From a virus, in IMG/VR virus record IMGVR_UViG_3300028589_000007: DNA of 34,652 nucleotides. One strand, given 5' to 3'. Both the position numbers and the translations under genes were made by a program. Below, one piece after another: positions 30,558-34,652 of this stretch. Every line of letters starts with the position of its first letter. Positions within the stretch are counted from its first letter, which is position 1. The notes beneath the pieces are model-generated. The model was not told the origin of the DNA, made no database searches, and saw only the letters and a program-made list of their open reading frames with translations.

Positions 30558-33140
30558 TTACTCCTGGTCGCCCAAGCGCGAGCGAATGCGGGCGGCCTTA
30601 GCGCGCTCGCGTTCATCCAGCAGCTGGTTGAGCATGCTGCGCAGCCCGTCAGTGTCAGTTCCCGGGGTAGCGCTGATGTTGATTTCGATGGTGTCGCCCT
30701 GGACAACGATACCGCTGCCCGCGTTGGCCGACAGAGGTGGGCGATTGTCCATGGCGATGGCACCGCCGGTATTCCCGAAGCCAACGGCGCCGGCTGCGAC
30801 CATCTGTTTGCCCATGTTTGTCACTGCGGCCAGCGGGCCTTGCTGGTTGTTCGTGAGCCCCTGCTCAAGCCCGGCCATGGTGTAGCCGCCCAACTCGGCG
30901 AACACGCGTGAGGGCGAGTGGATGCCGAGCTTCTCCTTGAACCAGGTGATGCTGCTGTCTGCGGCTCCTGTGATGGCATCCTTCACGGCGGTCAGGCCGT
31001 TGGTGATGCCCTGCACCATGCCTTGCATGAGCATGGAGCCGAACTCGGTGAATTTGCCGGGCATTTCGACGCCGAAGTAGTTCATCACGCCGGCGAAAGC
31101 GCGATAGAACAGGCCCAGCGGGGAGAAGTTGAGGATCAGCGCGGCGATGCCGGCGAAGCCGCCGTTGAAGCCTTCCTTCACTTCTGCCCACAACCCCATG
31201 AAATAAGCCTTGATGGGGTCCCAGTACCTGTAAATCAGGAAGGCGGCGGTTGCAATCGCCATCACCGCCAGGCCAATGGGATTCATCATGAGCGCGCGGC
31301 CTAACAACAGCACGGTCTTGCCGGCCCACAGCAGGGCGCTGCCCAGACCTTTCAGGGCGGTGGCGGCGCCGAGGCTCTTGATGCCTAAAAAGGTGAGGGC
31401 ATAGCGGGCCATGGCGAAGGGGCCGAGGAAGCTGGCCATCATCAGTGTTACGCCCCCGCCGACGGCCAACAGCATGGCCAAGCCGCCCGCAGTCTTGACG
31501 AGGGCGGAAGTGAGGCCAGGGTTTTCCTTGACCCAGTTCTTGACGCTGACGGCGAGCTCGCCGATGCCGTTGATGAGGTCCTTGAGCTCGGGCGCGATGG
31601 TGGCGCCGATCTCGCTCATGGCGTTAGACCAACTACCTTCGGCGGCCTCGATGGTGTTGGCGAGGGTGCCGAGCTGCTCTTTGACGCGAGTCTGCAGGTC
31701 GGCCTGGTTGCGCATCTTGTCGGCGACTTCCTGGTAGCCGGCAAGCCCCTTGTCCATCAGGGTGTTTACTACCTGCAGGGTCTCGGAGTCGTCGCCGAAC
31801 AGCTCCTTCATCACACTGGTGCGCTGCACGCTGGTGAGCTTCTTCAGCTTTTCCAGCTGGGCGAAGAGTTGGTCCATGCCCCCGAACTCGCCCTTGCCAT
31901 CGGTGAAGTCGAGGTCGAAGCCGGCCTTCATTTCGGCGAGGGCGGCGTTGGCCTTGGTGAAGCGCTTCTCGTCCACTCCGGACTGGAACACTTTGCGGAT
32001 GGCGTTGCCTGCGGACTCTCCGGCCATGCCGGTCTGATCCATCATCACCAACAGCGGTGCCAAGGTGTTGGCCGCGTCAAGGCCTTCCTTCTTGATGATG
32101 CCCATGACCGGGCTGAGCTTGGTGAAGCCCTGGAGCATGTTGTTGTCGTCGACGCCCAGGTAGAAGGCCCGCTGGATGGTGTCCATCAGCCCCATCATGT
32201 CCTTTTCGCTGGTGCGGGTGGCGTCCTGCATCTTGGCCGCGAACTCAGCGGCCTCGGCCACAGGCTTCTGCAGCTGGACGCCAAGGTATGCGGCTGCCTC
32301 GCCGGTACCGCCCAGGATCGATTGGGCGCTAATGCCCTGCCTGCGCAGCGTGGTCATCATGTCCTGGAAGTCGGCTGTAGTGCCTGGAAGGCGGTCGCCC
32401 AGGCCTGTGGCCAGATCGCTAATCTTCTGGAAGTCGGCCGGGACCTGGCCGGTGCTGTCCATCATGGCCACCTTGAGTTGGGTGGCGGCGTTCTCGGCGG
32501 GTGCGAATGCGTCCACGATGCCCTTGAGAGGCCTGGAAATGGCGTAGGCAGTACCGAGCCCCGCGGCGCCGCCGGCGGCCATGCTGCCGGCAAGCTGCTG
32601 TGACTTGTCATACTGGGCGCGGGCGTTGGCTAGACGCTTGGATTGGGCGGCCAAGCGCTGCATGCGCTGGGTCTGCTCGCTGATCTGCTGATTGGTATTG
32701 GCGATGCGGTCGCGGAGTTCGCGCTCGCCCTGCACGAGATTGCGCGTGCTGATGCCAGCGGCGCTGAGCTTGTTGCGCAGCCCCTGCAGCTCGGCCTGCT
32801 GTTCCTGGTGCTGTTTCTTGAGATCGGATGCGGCGCGGATGGCGGCCTGCATGTCCGTCGCCATCTGCTTGGTCGGCACGCCAGTGGCGGCCATCTGGCG
32901 GCCGAGTTCCTTCACTCGATCACGCGCGCCCTGGAGGGCGGTTTCGGTGTTGGCGCTGATGGCGCGCAGGCGCTGCCAGCTGCTGACATCGTTCTGCGTT
33001 GCCTGCAGCTGCTTGAGCTGGTCGCGGGACTCTTTGAGTGCACGGCCGAGGCCGACGCTTCCTTGCGTCACCGCGCGGATGGGGCGGGTGGCGCGGTCGA
33101 TAGCCTGGAGGATCACCTCCATTTTCAGATTATTGGCCAT
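30558..33140 (-). CDS. T: Tail tape measure protein (P2 T-like)
   Basis: 860-aa helical protein with hydrophobic central segments, located after E/E'. Confidence 0.9.
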   Translation of the reverse strand: MANNLKMEVILQAIDRATRPIRAVTQGSVGLGRALKESRDQLKQLQATQNDVSSWQRLRAISANTETALQGARDRVKELGRQMAATGVPTKQMATDMQAAIRAASDLKKQHQEQQAELQGLRNKLSAAGISTRNLVQGERELRDRIANTNQQISEQTQRMQRLAAQSKRLANARAQYDKSQQLAGSMAAGGAAGLGTAYAISRPLKGIVDAFAPAENAATQLKVAMMDSTGQVPADFQKISDLATGLGDRLPGTTADFQDMMTTLRRQGISAQSILGGTGEAAAYLGVQLQKPVAEAAEFAAKMQDATRTSEKDMMGLMDTIQRAFYLGVDDNNMLQGFTKLSPVMGIIKKEGLDAANTLAPLLVMMDQTGMAGESAGNAIRKVFQSGVDEKRFTKANAALAEMKAGFDLDFTDGKGEFGGMDQLFAQLEKLKKLTSVQRTSVMKELFGDDSETLQVVNTLMDKGLAGYQEVADKMRNQADLQTRVKEQLGTLANTIEAAEGSWSNAMSEIGATIAPELKDLINGIGELAVSVKNWVKENPGLTSALVKTAGGLAMLLAVGGGVTLMMASFLGPFAMARYALTFLGIKSLGAATALKGLGSALLWAGKTVLLLGRALMMNPIGLAVMAIATAAFLIYRYWDPIKAYFMGLWAEVKEGFNGGFAGIAALILNFSPLGLFYRAFAGVMNYFGVEMPGKFTEFGSMLMQGMVQGITNGLTAVKDAITGAADSSITWFKEKLGIHSPSRVFAELGGYTMAGLEQGLTNNQQGPLAAVTNMGKQMVAAGAVGFGNTGGAIAMDNRPPLSANAGSGIVVQGDTIEINISATPGTDTDGLRSMLNQLLDERERAKAARIRSRLGDQE

Positions 33141-33623
33141 CGTTCTTCTCCCAGCGGCTTCTGGCCCGCTCGCGCCATTCCATCAGTTCCGACAGGGGCA
33201 GCGGGTCCAAGTCCGCCGGCCCCCAGTGAAAGACCATGGCCAGGTCGGCCATGGCTTCTTCTACGCGACGAGGGCAGCTTCCTTCGCCGACTTCTGCAGC
33301 AAAAAACTTGCGACAGCAAGCCCGCACTGGAACAGGTCCGCCGGATCCATGCGGCCGACCTCGATGTCGGTGAGGCTGGGCGTACTGATGCGCGGCAATA
33401 CCTTGCGCAGGGCGAGCACGTCCATCTGTGCCAGGTCGGACAAAGTCACGCCGCGCAGTTCGCCGCTCATGGGCTTGCGCAGGGTTACCTGCTCGATCTT
33501 CTGCTCGCCGCGGATGATCGGGGTGTCGAGGTCGATGACTTCCTCGTTGGGGTTCTTGGTCGGGGTCGGTGCAACCGATGCAGCGGTGGTGCTGTCGTCG
33601 TGCTGGGCTTCTGGGGTCGGCAT
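33130..33623 (-). CDS. E+E': Tail assembly chaperone E+E' fusion made by programmed -1 frameshift
   Basis: The E frame shifts at T_TTT_TTG into the frame of ORF 33130..33327 (FFAAEVGEGSCPRRVEEAMADLAMVFHWGPADL). That frame ends 8 nt inside the T start region, as in P2. Confidence 0.75.
33261..33623 (-). CDS. E: Tail assembly chaperone E (P2 E-like)
   Basis: 120-aa ORF between the tube and tape measure genes. Confidence 0.85.
   Translation of the reverse strand: MPTPEAQHDDSTTAASVAPTPTKNPNEEVIDLDTPIIRGEQKIEQVTLRKPMSGELRGVTLSDLAQMDVLALRKVLPRISTPSLTDIEVGRMDPADLFQCGLAVASFLLQKSAKEAALVA
33300..33306 (-). other. Slippery heptamer T_TTT_TTG for the E/E' -1 frameshift
   Basis: The minus strand reads GCA AGT TTT TTG CTG in the E frame. 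The plus strand reads caaaaaa at 33300..33306. Confidence 0.75.
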
Positions 33624-33682
33624 GGGGTGGTGCTCCTTGTTTCAGGGGGGGAAGGCCGGCATGGGCGCCGGCGGCTGGCGGA

Positions 33683-34198
33683 TCAGAGACCGATGTTCTT
33701 GCGGTGCGCGGCGAGCAGGTCTTCGCCGTCGACCATGAACACGAAGTTCAGGAGGTCGATTTCGGTGATGACCTCATCGTCGACGGTGAGCTTGTAGTAC
33801 GTGCAGGTGGTGCTGATTTGGTGCTCGGTGTCTTCGCCCGGGGTGGATTCGCCGAAGTCGATCTCTTCATGCCGGCCGCGCACGTAGATTTCTACGGAGC
33901 TGGTTCCGCCGTCGTCGTCGCGCTGGACTGAGCCGGCGAAGCGCAGGGAGACGCCATCAGCACGCACGGCGCCGAACTGGCGCAGGGCGATCAGGTCCCA
34001 GCCACCCAGGGTCCAGGCGAGGACGATGCCGTCGTCGCCGAAGCCGAGGTCGACCTTGACCGGGCCGTCCATACCACCGCCGCGGTAGGCCTCCATCTTG
34101 CGGGCAAGCTTAGGCAGGGTGACGGTCTTGGCGATGCCGCCGTAGACGTTACCGTCGTTGAACAGGTTGAAATGCTTGAGCTTCTTGGCTAAGGCCAT
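33683..34198 (-). CDS. FII: Tail tube protein (P2 FII-like)
   Basis: 171-aa ORF directly after the sheath gene. P2 FII size and order. Confidence 0.88.
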   Translation of the reverse strand: MALAKKLKHFNLFNDGNVYGGIAKTVTLPKLARKMEAYRGGGMDGPVKVDLGFGDDGIVLAWTLGGWDLIALRQFGAVRADGVSLRFAGSVQRDDDGGTSSVEIYVRGRHEEIDFGESTPGEDTEHQISTTCTYYKLTVDDEVITEIDLLNFVFMVDGEDLLAAHRKNIGL

Positions 34199-34245
34199 GG
34201 TTGGGCGCTCCTACGGCGCGACCGGGGCCGCGCGGGTGAGTGGGA

Positions 34246-34652
34246 TTAGGCCTTGACGCTCTCGGCGAAGGTCATGAGGTAGCGGTCGGTGATGCGCTGG
34301 CGGAACAGCAGGTTTTCCAGCGGCGGGACGGGGGTGTAGTCGTAGTCGAGGAACAGCTTGCCGGCCTTGAGCGTGGTGGCATCGTTGGCAGCCGGGTCGA
34401 ACCAGCACTGACCGTCGATGATATAGCCGCCGGTTTTCAGCTCGCGGAACTTGGCGTTGACGCCGTCGATGATGTCTTTGACCAGGCTGCCGTGCATGGG
34501 CTTGTCCACAGCCCAAAAGTGGGCCTCGGCCATGGTGTCGGCCAGCACCTGGGCGGTGCGGGTGTAGTTCTCGAAGGCGAACAGCGGATCGGCACTGGTG
34601 GTGCGGTTGCCCCAGAAGCGGAAGCCTTCGCGGCGGATTAGGGTGGTCACCT
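34246..34652 (-). CDS. FI: Tail sheath protein (P2 FI-like), 3' part; joins 1..911 across the circular junction
   Basis: The frame is open to the window end. The track's apparent GTG start at 34650 is an edge artefact. It is in frame with the ATG at 911 through the 127-bp overlap. Confidence 0.9.
   Translation of the reverse strand, partial: VTTLIRREGFRFWGNRTTSADPLFAFENYTRTAQVLADTMAEAHFWAVDKPMHGSLVKDIIDGVNAKFRELKTGGYIIDGQCWFDPAANDATTLKAGKLFLDYDYTPVPPLENLLFRQRITDRYLMTFAESVKA
34526..34652. repeat. Terminal direct repeat, identical to 1..127
   Basis: See the feature at 1..127. Confidence 0.95.

Overview
The window is a complete, circularly permuted genome of a GC-rich P2-like temperate myophage; it resembles the Pseudomonas phiCTX/P2/186 group, and that host assignment is inference. 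Bases 1..127 are identical to 34526..34652, so the unique circle is 34,525 bp, and the tail-sheath gene reads in frame across the junction. The sequence is in the attP (excised or virion-derived) form. A 45-nt 3' fragment of a tRNA-Thr(UGU)-like gene sits beside a tyrosine integrase, with no host flanks. A P2-like cos candidate lies about 600 bp away.

The full P2 structural set is present in P2 order:
- P and Q on the + strand.
- O, N, M, L, X, the lysis cassette, R, S, V, W, J, I, H, G, FI, FII, E/E+E', T, U and D on the - strand.

A conserved TGTAGCG-N5-CGCTACA dyad marks the late operon starts, and an Ogr-type zinc-finger activator gene is present.

The non-structural half is not P2-like:
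- An XRE-type repressor faces a Ner/Cro-like gene.
- Downstream of the Ner/Cro-like gene lie a 186-type CII, Ogr inside the early operon, and a 907-aa primase-helicase in place of a rolling-circle initiator.
- Next is an accessory early-gene array ending in a repeat-containing C5 DNA methyltransferase.
- Several unknown ORFs, a DUF4224-like protein and the integrase follow.

The observations most worth a second look are:
- Four copies of an intergenic module on the - strand: a hairpin with an invariant CGGCAA loop and covarying stems, followed by an identical AAGGAGAAGCACCATGCA ribosome-binding site and start. The copies frame the accessory early genes.
- A repressor-side operon carrying a paralogous short HTH, a zinc-ribbon/TM/periplasmic-domain protein and a small ORF.
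- A lower-GC membrane-protein moron between the portal gene and cos.
- A methyltransferase with four tandem ~40-aa repeats in its variable region.

I found no CRISPR array, rRNA gene, intact tRNA or transposase.
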